Below are positions 13,017 through 23,299 of a stretch of 64,000 bases of DNA, one piece after another (positions within the stretch are counted from its first letter, which is position 1; each line of letters starts with the position of its first letter). Both the position numbers and the translations under genes were made by a program. The DNA is from Octopus vulgaris (taxonomy: Eukaryota). A model generated the notes under the pieces. That model had not been told where the DNA came from. It saw nothing but the letters and a program-made list of their open reading frames with translations, and made no database searches. The DNA is taken from positions 52,018,001 through 52,082,000 of the forward strand of contig OX597814.1 of NCBI GenBank assembly GCA_951406725.2, read 5' to 3'.

Positions 13017-13368
13017 TCATCATCATCATCGTTTAGCGTCCACTTTCTATGCTAGCATGGGTTGGACAGTTCAACTGGGGTCTGGGAAGCCAGAAGGCTG
13101 CACCAGGCCCAGTCTGATCTGGCAATGTTTCTACGGCTGGATGCCCTTCCTAACGCCAACCACTCCATGAGTGTAGTGGGTGCTTTTTACATGCCACCGG
13201 CACAGGCGCCAGATTAGGCTGGCAAATGGCCATGATCGGATGGTGCTTTTTACGTGCCACCGGCACGAGGCCAGTCGGGGCGGCACTGGCAACGGCCACG
13301 TTCCGATGGTTCTCTTACGTACCACCGGCACAGGTATCACAGCTGCAATTTCCATTGATGTTGATCAA
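13017..13368 (-). mobile_element. 3'-UTR-only RTE copy, tail-to-tail with copy 1
   Basis: (CAT)n then CGTTTAGCGTCC..GGCTGGATGCCCTTCCTAACGCCAACC and ~3 repeat units, inverted relative to 12780-12990. Confidence 0.85.
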
Positions 13369-13396
13369 TATATATACATATATATATATATATAAA

Positions 13397-13545
13397 CAGA
13401 CTTCCACACAGTTTCCATCTACCAAATTCACTCAAAGCAGTTGTCAGTCCAGGACTATAGTAGAAAACACACAAGGTGCAGTGGAGTTAGACTGAACCCG
13501 AAACCACATAGTTGCAAAAGGAGCTTCTTAACCACTCAGCCATGT
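13397..13545 (-). mobile_element. SINE family 2, 5' half (tRNA-derived head)
   Basis: Reverse complement reads TGGCTGAGTGGTTAAGAAGC (A box) .. GGGTTCAGTC (B box) .. TGAGTGAATTTGGTAGATGGAAACTG. Confidence 0.75.
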
Positions 13546-14037
13546 ACGCATGCACACACAATGCTTGTTAAATCATTGAAGACAAACTACACGCAGTATG
13601 TAGATACAGAACCTCTACAGTCACTCAAACTGGTAGAAACAGCAGCCAAATCTTCTTTCAATAACACTAACAACTTGTAAAAAAGGAAACATTCTAGATA
13701 AAGTAATCTGAGACACACAATAGGATGGTGATGAATGGAATGTATCTGATAACTGGGAGCTATACCACAATATTGTTCTATGATCTGTAGCAAGAACTTC
13801 AGAGACTGAATGGGTGTAAGTTAAACACCAGTTCTAGTCCAATCCCCAAAGTTAAGTAATGACAAGTCTGGTAGTACTTTGACCAGTGGCTGCTCAAGAA
13901 ACCTAGGCATTGTAAGCACAATGTTCATGATAGTGCCTCACTATAGCCACAGCCAACAGAAAAAAATAATCAAATTATTAGAAGAGCTGGTTAACTGAAT
14001 ACAAGAAAAATGGCTGTCCTTTTGCAGACATGAACTA

Positions 14038-14602
14038 TTGGGTTGTCCGGAAAGTTTGTGCCAATTTATAGTAGCTTACCTTTTGACTTATTTTAGAACA
14101 TGGTTGAGTCCATAAAATAGGATTTGACTACACCTCCATTTAGAGCACAGTTTAAGCTATATTTTCGTGGAAGAAGGCTTATGTTCCTATAACCTGTGTT
14201 AATTCTGTAACCCTTTAAAATGAAAGATAAGAAAGTTCATTTTCGGCACTTGATGCTTTGGGAACCAGACGAAAATTGTTGCAGCTCGGCTGGGATTTGT
14301 TACCCACTCTCCATATTCACCAGATATTACTCCTTCAGATTTCCACTTATTCAGGTCTCCGCAGAATAGTCTTGATGGTAAAAATTTCAATTCCTTGGAT
14401 GACATAAAAAGATACCTTGATGAATTCTTTGCCATGAAACTACCTCAATTCTGGGAAGAGGGTATTTTCAAGTTAAAGGAAAGATGGAGACGTATTGTGC
14501 AACAAAATGTTTCATATTTGGTTGATTAAAAATGTAATGGCAAGTATTTATTGACCTTTTTCTTTCCTTTAAAAATCAGCACGAACTTTCCGGACAACCC
14601 AA
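14038..14602 (+). mobile_element. Internally deleted mariner element
   Basis: TIRs TTGGGTTGTCCGGAAAGTT / AACTTTCCGGACAACCCAA, TA on both sides, C-terminal transposase PHSPYSPDITPSDFHLFRS..WEEGIFKLKERWRRIVQQN. Confidence 0.93.
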
Positions 14603-14960
14603 TACTAATGTAGGTTAAAAAGAAGTGTTGTACACTAGGAGTGAAGATTATAGGAGACAACTGTAGAAAGAAAAGAACTTGGTAGGATGAGGTGGCAGTT
14701 AGAGGAAAAAATAAAAATTTAGGTATTATTATAAATGAGATAATACAGAGTACAGAAATAATTAAAAAAATCTAGCATCAATAAAAGCCAAAGGAGAAGC
14801 TTCTGTGTAGTCACACAATCTACTAGAGATAGTGGCCAAATCTCCTTCAAATCACGATCTATTGATTGAAAAAAGGGCAGAGAAATTATATAATATAGTA
14901 AATATACTATATCAGAAAAATAACAGACAAAATGGCTATGACTAGAAATATTTGTGATTA

Positions 14961-15745
14961 TATGAGGTGGTATCAAAATGTTCCAGGACTAGTTCTGTAG
15001 TGGCCAACAGATGGCAGCACATGAGAGCTAGCAGTGACTTTCATAAAGTAATACGTTGAGTGGCACCTCTATGTTTACTTTGCAAGTTATGAAATTTGTG
15101 TTTTTGTGATCATGTGTATGTTGTTGTCGACAATTTTGTCATAGACAGGAACAAGGAGCCAATGTGAAATTTTGCATTAAACTCTGCTACAGAGACACTG
15201 AGCAGGCTTCAGCAAGCTTACGGTGATGAGGCAAGGAATTGTATGCAATGTATTGAGTGGCATGGCTGCTTCAAAAGTGGAAGAATATTCATGGATGATG
15301 ATCACAAGTGATCTGGTAGACCTGCCATGAGTGCCACCCCCAGAAATGTGATATTGTGCATCAAGAATTTGTGCCCCAGAGCCAGACCATCAATTGAGAG
15401 TTCTACTGTGACATTTTGAAGCATTTGAGGTAGAACATTCAGCGAAAGTGACCGGATCTGTGGAGCACAAAAAATTGAATTCTTCACCAAGCTCTCCACA
15501 CTCGTGAGTTTCTCATCAAAACCATAGTATCACTTTCACACCTGTCCTAGTCACTAGATTTAGCACCTGCAGAATTCCGTCTCTTCCAAGATGAAAATGC
15601 AGCTTAAAGGTCACCGTTTTAACACTTGTCAAGATCCAGAACAAATTGTAGAAGGTCCTCAACTTACGAAAAATTACTTCCAGGCCGGATTCGAAAGTGA
15701 CAGGAATGCTGCACAAGGTGACTATTTCAAAGGAGATAATGTTAA
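14961..15745 (+). mobile_element. Decayed mariner transposase relic
   Basis: Broken frames give VKFC..ATET..LQQAYGDEA..EWH..FKSGR..SGRP (HTH) and a DLAP..KMKMQLKGHRF catalytic-region remnant. Confidence 0.8.
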
Positions 15746-15759
15746 AACTAAGGTAAGTA

Positions 15760-15920
15760 GGCACAGGAGTGGCTGTGTGGTAAGTAGCTTGTTTACCAAC
15801 CACATGGTTCCGGGTTCAGTTCCACTGTGTGGCATCTTGGGCAAGTGTCTTCTACTATAGCCTCGGGCCAACCAAAGCCTTGTGAGTGGATTTGGTAGAC
15901 GAAACTGAAAGAAGCCCGTC
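15760..15920 (+). mobile_element. SINE family 2, 5' half
   Basis: GGAGTGGCTGTGTGGTAAG A box, GGGTTCAGTTCC B box, ending GAAACTGAAAGAAGCCCGTC before a (TA)n tract. Confidence 0.85.
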
Positions 15921-15943
15921 ATATATATATGTATATATATATA

Positions 15944-16345
15944 TCTCTTATTATAAAAGGCAGATTTTATCTGCCTCCCTTTGGGAGTTATACAAATCTA
16001 CAATATAGGATTTCTTCAATTACAATTTACCTAGCAGTTTTAAGAGTACAATGCATCGCGTCATGCCAGGTCCAGTTTCTTAAATTTAAACTCCAATTAA
16101 GCAAAATTTACAGAAAACTCACATTCTGGTGTGTGTGTCAAATGCTTTTCTTAGTCTGGTTTACACCACACGCAAACGCACACACACAGTGGGCAACAAA
16201 TAAAATGAAAGTAAATAGCGACAGTGATTTGAGGAAGACTAAAGTGAAAGTATTCTGTCTATGATGCTGATAGATACATGAGTAAAATGTATGGGAAGCT
16301 AAGAGCTAAGAGTGAGTGAAAATGTTCTTGGAAGAGAGTAATTAG
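15944..16345 (+). mobile_element. Helitron-like repeat family B, 5' portion
   Basis: Starts A|TC with hairpin AGGCAGAT-TTT-ATCTGCCT; near-identical to 17702 onward and the reverse complement of 37430-37738. Confidence 0.6.
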
Positions 16346-16585
16346 TAATAAAGTAAACATACACTCATACATACATACATACATACATACATACATACAT
16401 ACACACACACATACATACACACACACATACATACATATACATACATACATACATACATACATATACATACATACACACACACACAGTATTGAAGCTTGAG
16501 AACAATCAGATACATTTGCAACACATCTGTTGAAAATATTATTGTTCACACACATACATATACATATATACATACAGACAGACAG

Positions 16586-16616
<31 letters not shown>

Positions 16617-16664
16617 ATCCAGCATGGCCACAACCTCAAGGCTGAAACATATAAAAGAATAACA

Positions 16665-17030
16665 GAATATAAATGTGTGCAAAGTACAAGAAATATTAAT
16701 GCAGTATATGGGGATTGGACAATAAGCGTAAGGCAGTGTCAATGGTGGTTCCAGAAATCCCGAGCCATAAACTACAGCCTAGAAGACGAGCCTCATCCTG
16801 AATGATCTGTAGAACTCGACAAGGACATCCTGAAAACCCTGGTGGAACAAAATATCATCGTAACTGTTGAGGAACTAGCAGAGAAGCTTGGATTTGGTCA
16901 TTCAACCATTCATTGACACCTGTGTGCTATCGGAAAAGTCAGCAAATTGGGTCAATGGGTTCCTCACGAACTTTCCGAGTCTAATTGCATGCAGAGAGTG
17001 AATGTATGCTTTTCTTTGCTGTCATATCTC
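16665..17030 (+). mobile_element. Mariner transposase N-terminal fragment
   Basis: RNINAVYGDWTISVRQCQWWFQK..SLEDEPH..ELAEKLGFGHSTIH*HL..IGKVSKLGQWVPHEL; same family as 55275-56177. Confidence 0.88.
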
Positions 17031-17051
17031 ACCACTACTGCGCTATGTATA

Positions 17052-17689
17052 TCTATATATATAAAACTGTAGTTGTGTGAGTGTCTGTCCCCTTCGATTT
17101 AGATTCCTAACTACTCCCACATTTTGCGGTACAGTTTAACCAAATTCGGGTAGCTTATAGTCGTGATTCATATCGAGCCCGTCTGAATATTAGCGCGCGT
17201 CTACGATGAGTCTACGATTTTAAAAATAATTTAACATCATTTTTTATTCCATTTTAATGCATAATTTTTCGTGTGTCGATGGCGGCGGAGTTGGCGTCCA
17301 CGCTCACACCTGCACCTGTGGGGAAGGGAGTGTAAGGAAATCAACGTCGTAATGCGTTGTCAAGGAGACCAGTGTTCTTTTAGAACAACGACTTCATGGC
17401 TTGAAGACACCAAAACAGAAATGGCTAAGAAAGCGTCTACATGAGTCTACGATTTAAAAAAAAATTTACCATCGTTTTTTTTCCATTTTAATGCATTTTT
17501 TCGCTATTATATAAGGGAAGTAACTCTCTAAAAATGTCTACGATGAGTCAACGATTTTTAAAAAAATTTACCATCATATTTTTTTCCATTTTTAATGCAT
17601 TTTTTGCTATTTTTTGGCTATAACTCTCTAAAAATGCTTATATAGTTATTTCCCTTACAAACCCGAGCAACGCCGGGCGATACTGCTAG
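17052..17689 (+). mobile_element. Non-autonomous Helitron family A
   Basis: A|TC 5' end, 3' hairpin CCCGAGCAACGCCGGG, CTAG|T end, no TSD; internal partial duplications. Confidence 0.9.
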
Positions 17690-17701
17690 TGTATATATAT
17701 A

Positions 17702-18177
17702 TCTCTTATTATAAAAGGCAGATTTTATCTGCCTCCCTTTGGGAGTTATACAAATCTACAATATAGGATTTCTTCAATTACAATTTACCTTGCATTTTTA
17801 AGAGTACAATGCATCGCGTCATGCCAGGTCCAGTTTTTAAAATTTAAACTCCAATTAAGCAAAATTTACAGAAAACTCACATTCTGGTGTGTGTGTCAAA
17901 TGCTTTTCTTAGTCTGGTTTACAGCACACGCAAACGCACACACACAGTGGGCAACGAATAAAATGAAAGTAATTGACTTACTGTAGTGAGTGATTCTTTC
18001 ACTCTGCCTCCCACTTCCTCTTTCCACACAGACACGCAAATATATAAATAAAATTGTAAGCTAACGTGCGTGTGTGTGAGTGGGTGTGTGGGTGTGCGCG
18101 TGTGTGTGTGTGTGAGGGTGCGTGTGTGTGTGTGAGGGTGCGTGTGTGTGTGTGAGGGTGCGTGTGTGTGTGTGAGG

Positions 18178-18217
<40 letters not shown>

Positions 18218-18283
18218 GTGTGAGTGTGTGACAGGAAAGTTTTTTACAACGAATATAACACCTATATCCAAGTAGCAGAAAGA
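17702..18283 (+). mobile_element. Helitron-like repeat family B with internal GT minisatellite
   Basis: Same TC start and body as 15944; matches the reverse complement of 37290-37738. Confidence 0.6.
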
Positions 18284-18655
18284 TAAGACAGTAAGGTGTG
18301 ATTTGAGGGAAATTTGGCTGCTATTTCTACCAGGTCTAGCTGCCACGTAGGGGTCTCCCTCATAGGCTCATACATACATATATACATAGATAAGACAGTA
18401 AGGTGTGATTTGGGGGAAATTTGGCTGCTATTTCTACCAGGTCTACCTGCCATGTAGGGGTCTTCCTCATAGGCTCATACATACATATATTCATAGATAA
18501 GACAGTAAGGTGTGATTTGGGGGAAATTTGGCTGCTATTTCTACCAGGTCTAGCTACCATGTAGAGGTCCCCCTCATTGGCTCATATATATATACATACA
18601 TAAGACAGTAAGGTGTGATTTGGGGGAGATTTGGCTGCTGTTTCTACCAGGTCTG
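18280..18655. repeat. ~107-bp minisatellite, ~3.5 copies
   Basis: ATAAGACAGTAAGGTGTGATTTGGGGGAAATTTGGCTGCTATTTCTACCAGGTCT repeated near 18283, 18390, 18497, 18600. Confidence 0.93.
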
Positions 18656-18727
18656 TTAGGCCTTCTCATGTAAACTCAAGCTTTCTCATGCCTTGAACAT
18701 AAGACCAAAGCAGAGAATGTATTCTTT

Positions 18728-18930
18728 TATTCTTCTGCTTTTTCCAGCCATTGGTCTGTGGCCATGCTGGGGCAATGCCTTGAAAAATTGTAGTTTAATG
18801 AATCAACTCGTTTTATTTTTGTAAGCATTGTACTTATTCTATCTGTTTCCTTTGTCAAACCACTAGGTGACAGGGATGTAAACAAACCAACATTCGTTGT
18901 CAAGCAGTGGTGGAGGACAATCACAAGCAC
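18728..18930 (-). mobile_element. SINE family 2, 3' half
   Basis: Reverse complement of the CCCCAGCATGGCCACAG tail and body. Confidence 0.7.
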
Positions 18931-19045
18931 AGACACGCACACACACACACATACATGCATACACATATACACACATACATACATGCATACACATATACAC
19001 ACATACATACATACATACATATATATATATGTGTGTATATATATA

Positions 19046-19302
19046 TTGCAGCGTGGAAGGTGTTTGTAAGCCATTTAAGAAACACAAAAACCGTTACATT
19101 CACTTCAACATTTAAATTTAATTTGCCAAAATATTTTCGTCGCTTTGAGACCGCGACCTGTTCACTGACAAAAATATCGTGCTAACAGGTCGCGGTCTCA
19201 AAGCGATGAAAATATTTTGACAAATTAAATTTAAATGTTGAAGTGAATCTAACGGTTCTTGTGTGTTTCTTAAATGGCTTATAAACACCTTCAACGCTGC
19301 AA
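19046..19302. repeat. Fold-back inverted repeat (~117-bp arms, 21-nt spacer)
   Basis: 19046-19162 is the near-perfect reverse complement of 19184-19302. Confidence 0.95.
19122..19172 (-). ncRNA. Minimal type I hammerhead ribozyme-like motif with G3:C8 core
   Basis: UUUGUCA-GUGAACA-G-GUCGC(ggucucaaa)GCGAC-GAA-AAUAUU-U-UGGCAAA: stem I 7 bp, stem II 5 bp, palindromic stem III. Confidence 0.6.
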
Positions 19303-19468
19303 CTGTTTTCGTTCCAGCACACGATCTCAGATCAAGTCACTCGCTATGCAAGTACATCTCTGTAACTATATATATATTTATATATATATATATATATATG
19401 TATATTGGTAAAAACAGTAAGATAACAAAAGAAAGAAAGAGACCTCAATATTATGTAAATAGAGGAAA

Positions 19469-19863
19469 TCTTTATATATAAAAGTGAGGTTGTGTGTCTG
19501 TCTCCTACGATTTAGATTCCTAACTACTCCCACATTTTGCGGTGCAGTTTAACCAAAACCGGGTATCTTATAGTCGTGATTCATATCGAGACCGTCTGGG
19601 TATTAGCGCGCGTCTACGATGAGTCTACGATTTAAAAAAAAATTTACCATCAATTTTTCCCATTTTGAATCCATTTTTGACATATATAAGGGAAGTAACT
19701 CTCTAAAATTTATTATTAAATCTCAGAACGTAAAAAGCTACAGTAACATCCCTCCCCCTTTGTGGTTAGCCATATTGAGATGGCTATTATACTTTACATC
19801 TCTAAAAATGCTTATATAATTATTTCCCTTACAAACCCGAGCAATGCCGGGCGATACTGCTAG
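19469..19863 (+). mobile_element. Non-autonomous Helitron family A
   Basis: A|TC start, CCCGAGCAATGCCGGG hairpin, CTAG|T end; homologous to 17052-17689. Confidence 0.9.
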
Positions 19864-19896
<33 letters not shown>

Positions 19897-19899
19897 GTG

Positions 19900-20100
19900 T
19901 GTGTGTCTGTGTTTGTCCCCTCCCAACATCGCTTGACAACCAATGCTGGTGTGTTTATGTCCCCATTACTTAGCGGTTCGGCAAAGAGACTGATAGAATA
20001 AGTACTGGGCTTACAAAAGAATAAGACCCGGGGTCGAGTTGCTCGATTAAAGGCGGTGCTCCAGCATGGCCACAGTCAAATGACTGAAAAGAGTAAAGAG
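19900..20100 (+). mobile_element. SINE family 2, 3' half
   Basis: CATCGCTTGACAACC..GATAGAATAAGTACT..GGCGGTGCTCCAGCATGGCCACAGTCAAATGACTGAAA. Confidence 0.85.
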
Positions 20101-20859
20101 TAGGGGAATTAATTTTTATTAAACATAACTATTCTGGGAACCTTTTGATAACACCTTGTAACTCTGCTTCATTAAAGATGACTCAATTAAAAACAATAAA
20201 TCAAAGGTAACACAAGCCTCTACACAAATGTTAGACTTGATAGAAATAGTAGCAAAATCTCCATTGAATCACCCCATAGCATCTTAAAAAAGAACAAAAC
20301 AAAAATAAAAGACACTCAATAATTTAGTTCTTGATATCAAAAAAGTGATGGGATGGTCATAGTTGGAAAGTCTTTGGTCATAGGTTCTGCTTAGTAGAGC
20401 TTAAAGACAGTAACAAATCACTGCTAACTTGGGAGAATAGGACAGGATGATAATAATAACAATAAGGACAATACTGGTCATAATAATGAGAATGTTGGAA
20501 ATACAGGGTATTTGGGATAAATTTGACAATATTTTGTTTCCTTTTTTCAGGAATAGCTTGATGTTTTGGTGAACAATCAATGTTGTTGGAGAGCATAAAG
20601 TTTAAGGTGGAGTTGAGAAAAAGTTAGCTGACATGGAGGACAGGAAACCATCTGAATCTTGGGCAAGGATTACCTGTATCATGATGATTCATGCCAGGTA
20701 TCAAAATGTCATCACTGTTGCTTAATGTTCTGTGAACACTGTAAAGTTGTAATATGTGACATGGACAGCTGCAATGGAGACTACAAAGCTGTAGCTAGCA
20801 GGAAGGACACTACAGGCATTCCGGTTGTGTCCACTTGTTGGAATTCATCCCCACATCTT

Positions 20860-21380
20860 TGAACAGGACTTTATGCTCAATTCAGATGGTTGTGTGAAGC
20901 TGCAGGAGATTGTGGTCAAGCCCTGGCTGGAAAGGATTGCTTCTGGAAGGCCATATGCATGGCAGTAGGATTCAGCTCCTTGCCATACCTCCAGAAAGAG
21001 CTTGAAGTGGTTGTCAGATAATTTCTATCGTTTCACCAGTCTAATTTCTGGCCTCCTAATTCTACCAATTGTAAGCCCATGGATTACTATATGTGGAATG
21101 CAGTTGAGAAAGACACTAACCATTCTGTTTGCAACATCAAAGCCAAGATCAAGGTGTTCAAAGATCTTCCCAGGGATGCTAAGAGGAATGCATGCACCAG
21201 GTTTCAGAGCCATCTTGAGGCTGTGGTGAAAGTTGAAGGCAGCTACTTTGAGTAAACTGTTATCTCCTAGTCATAATCTAGTAGAGACTTTGATTTTTAA
21301 AATACTTTTATTCTTGGATGGGATATCGTATTTTCTCTTCTTTTTATTCAAACTGTCAAATTTAGCCTGAACAATCTGTA
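20860..21380 (+). mobile_element. Tc1/mariner-superfamily transposase C-terminal relic
   Basis: VVKPWLERIASGRPYAWQ*DSAPCHTSRKSLKWL..WPPNSTNCKPMDYYMW..RFQSHLEAVVKVEGSYFE*. Confidence 0.82.
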
Positions 21381-22082
21381 ATCATATTGATATGATAATA
21401 ATGATAGTGATGATCATGCACTGAAAAATTCTTTGTAGTTAATTTAATAATTAAAATTATGATTTGATTAATAATTTAAATACTTTTCTAGAACTTCATA
21501 AAATTCTATTAATACACCACACACAATTACAGATGAGCTAAAAAGCTATCAACTGGATTATCAAACTGGTCATTCAAGTTGCTCGAAATATCAGTCAAAT
21601 TTCCTCAAAATCATATCCCATTGTCTTAGAAAAGGGCATACTGGAATGTGATCCTGAGTTCTATTTTTATAGGATAAAAAGAGATTTGTCATGATCGGAA
21701 TGCTTTTGATTATAGGCCTCTTCATTGGGGCTAAGCATTGGTTGGCCTGGGGCTTTAGTAGAAGAAAAGGACTGAACTTGAAGCCACATGGTTGCAAAGT
21801 GAGCTTCTTAACCACACAACTACGTGTGTACATTGTGGTGAAGTTTTTTTGCTACTCTACAAATGTATAGGTGTTTATATTTGTCCCACCACCACCACCA
21901 TCACTGCTACTTGACAACTGTATTGGCTTATGTCCCCACAATGGTTTGGCAAAAGAGACTGATAGAATAAGCAGCAGACTTAAAGACAACAAGCGCTGGA
22001 TTCACTAAACCCACCAAGGTAGCACCCCAGCTTGGCTATAGCCTAATGATTGAAACAAGTAAAAGATATCTTCCATTTGTTC

Positions 22083-22220
22083 AAGAGTGGTTGCATGGTA
22101 AGAAGCTTGCTTCCCAACCAAGTAGTCTTAGGTTCAGTCCCATTGCTTAGCACCTTGAGCAAGTGCCTTCCATCAAAGCCTTGTGAGTGAATTTGGCAGG
22201 CAGAAACCGAAATAAACCAG

Positions 22221-22287
<67 letters not shown>

Positions 22288-22460
22288 ATACATTGCTTTG
22301 CAACTGGTATCAGTTTGTTCATGTTCCCATAACTTAGTAGTTCAGAAAAAAGAGACCAATAGGAAAAAAATAAGAACTGAGGTTGTTTCATTCAACTAGA
22401 TCCTTCAAGGTGGTAACCCAGCTTGGCTGCAGTCCAAAGACTGAAACAAGTAAAAGATAA
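22083..22460 (+). mobile_element. SINE family 2, full length with internal (GT)n
   Basis: A/B boxes, internal microsatellite and GACTGAAACAAGTAAAAG tail; a further 3' half lies at ~21880-22066. Confidence 0.8.
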
Positions 22461-23299
22461 CAACAAAAGACTTTTATTCTGCTTTCATCTAGGTATTACC
22501 ACATAGCAGTTGGCAGAGCTATCTATCTAATCCTGATCAACAAAGTCACCTCAAAAACATCAAGGTTGAGTTATATTTGACAACTGATTGTTTAAATACA
22601 GATGCCAAATCATGTATTAAAGTATAAATTATAAAGAAATGTAAAACTAACCAAACAAAACTGAACTCTGCCAATATTGATATATCTAAAGCTGGAAACC
22701 ATTTTCAGGTAATGTTTTACTCTTTTTCAAGAATTTCCACCATTTGAAATAGATTGTCATAGATATATATCCTCTCAGATTGAAATTTACATGTTTCCTC
22801 TTCCTTTTTGCAGGAATATTTCTGCTCAATTAAATATAAATAAACATATTTAAAGATATCTTCCAATGGGTTTGTTGTAACAATGTTTATCCAGTTACAG
22901 CTATAGTTTCATACAACCCTTTATGTCTGGAATATTTATGTGACTAAATAACCAAGCTGTTACATCAAACTAGCAGCCAACTTAAATAGATTTAATCATC
23001 TGCATGTATGCAATAATAAAAGCATAATAATAATGATATCATATTTCCAGAAAATGAATTTGTTTTGTTTCTTTTCTTATTCAAGAATTGCATCTAATAC
23101 CATTTACAAAGCTTGTTCCTGTATCAGGATCATAATCTTTATTTATAGAGTCTAGAATTCTATTTAAACCTTCAGGGACTGATTCTGCATTCTTGTCACT
23201 ATCAGTATTTGTGTTATTTATTCGATTGATACAGGTGAGTCCACCCTAATCAATCTTAAGAATCACAACTATGTTGTTTCCTGTTTGAAATATAAGTCA

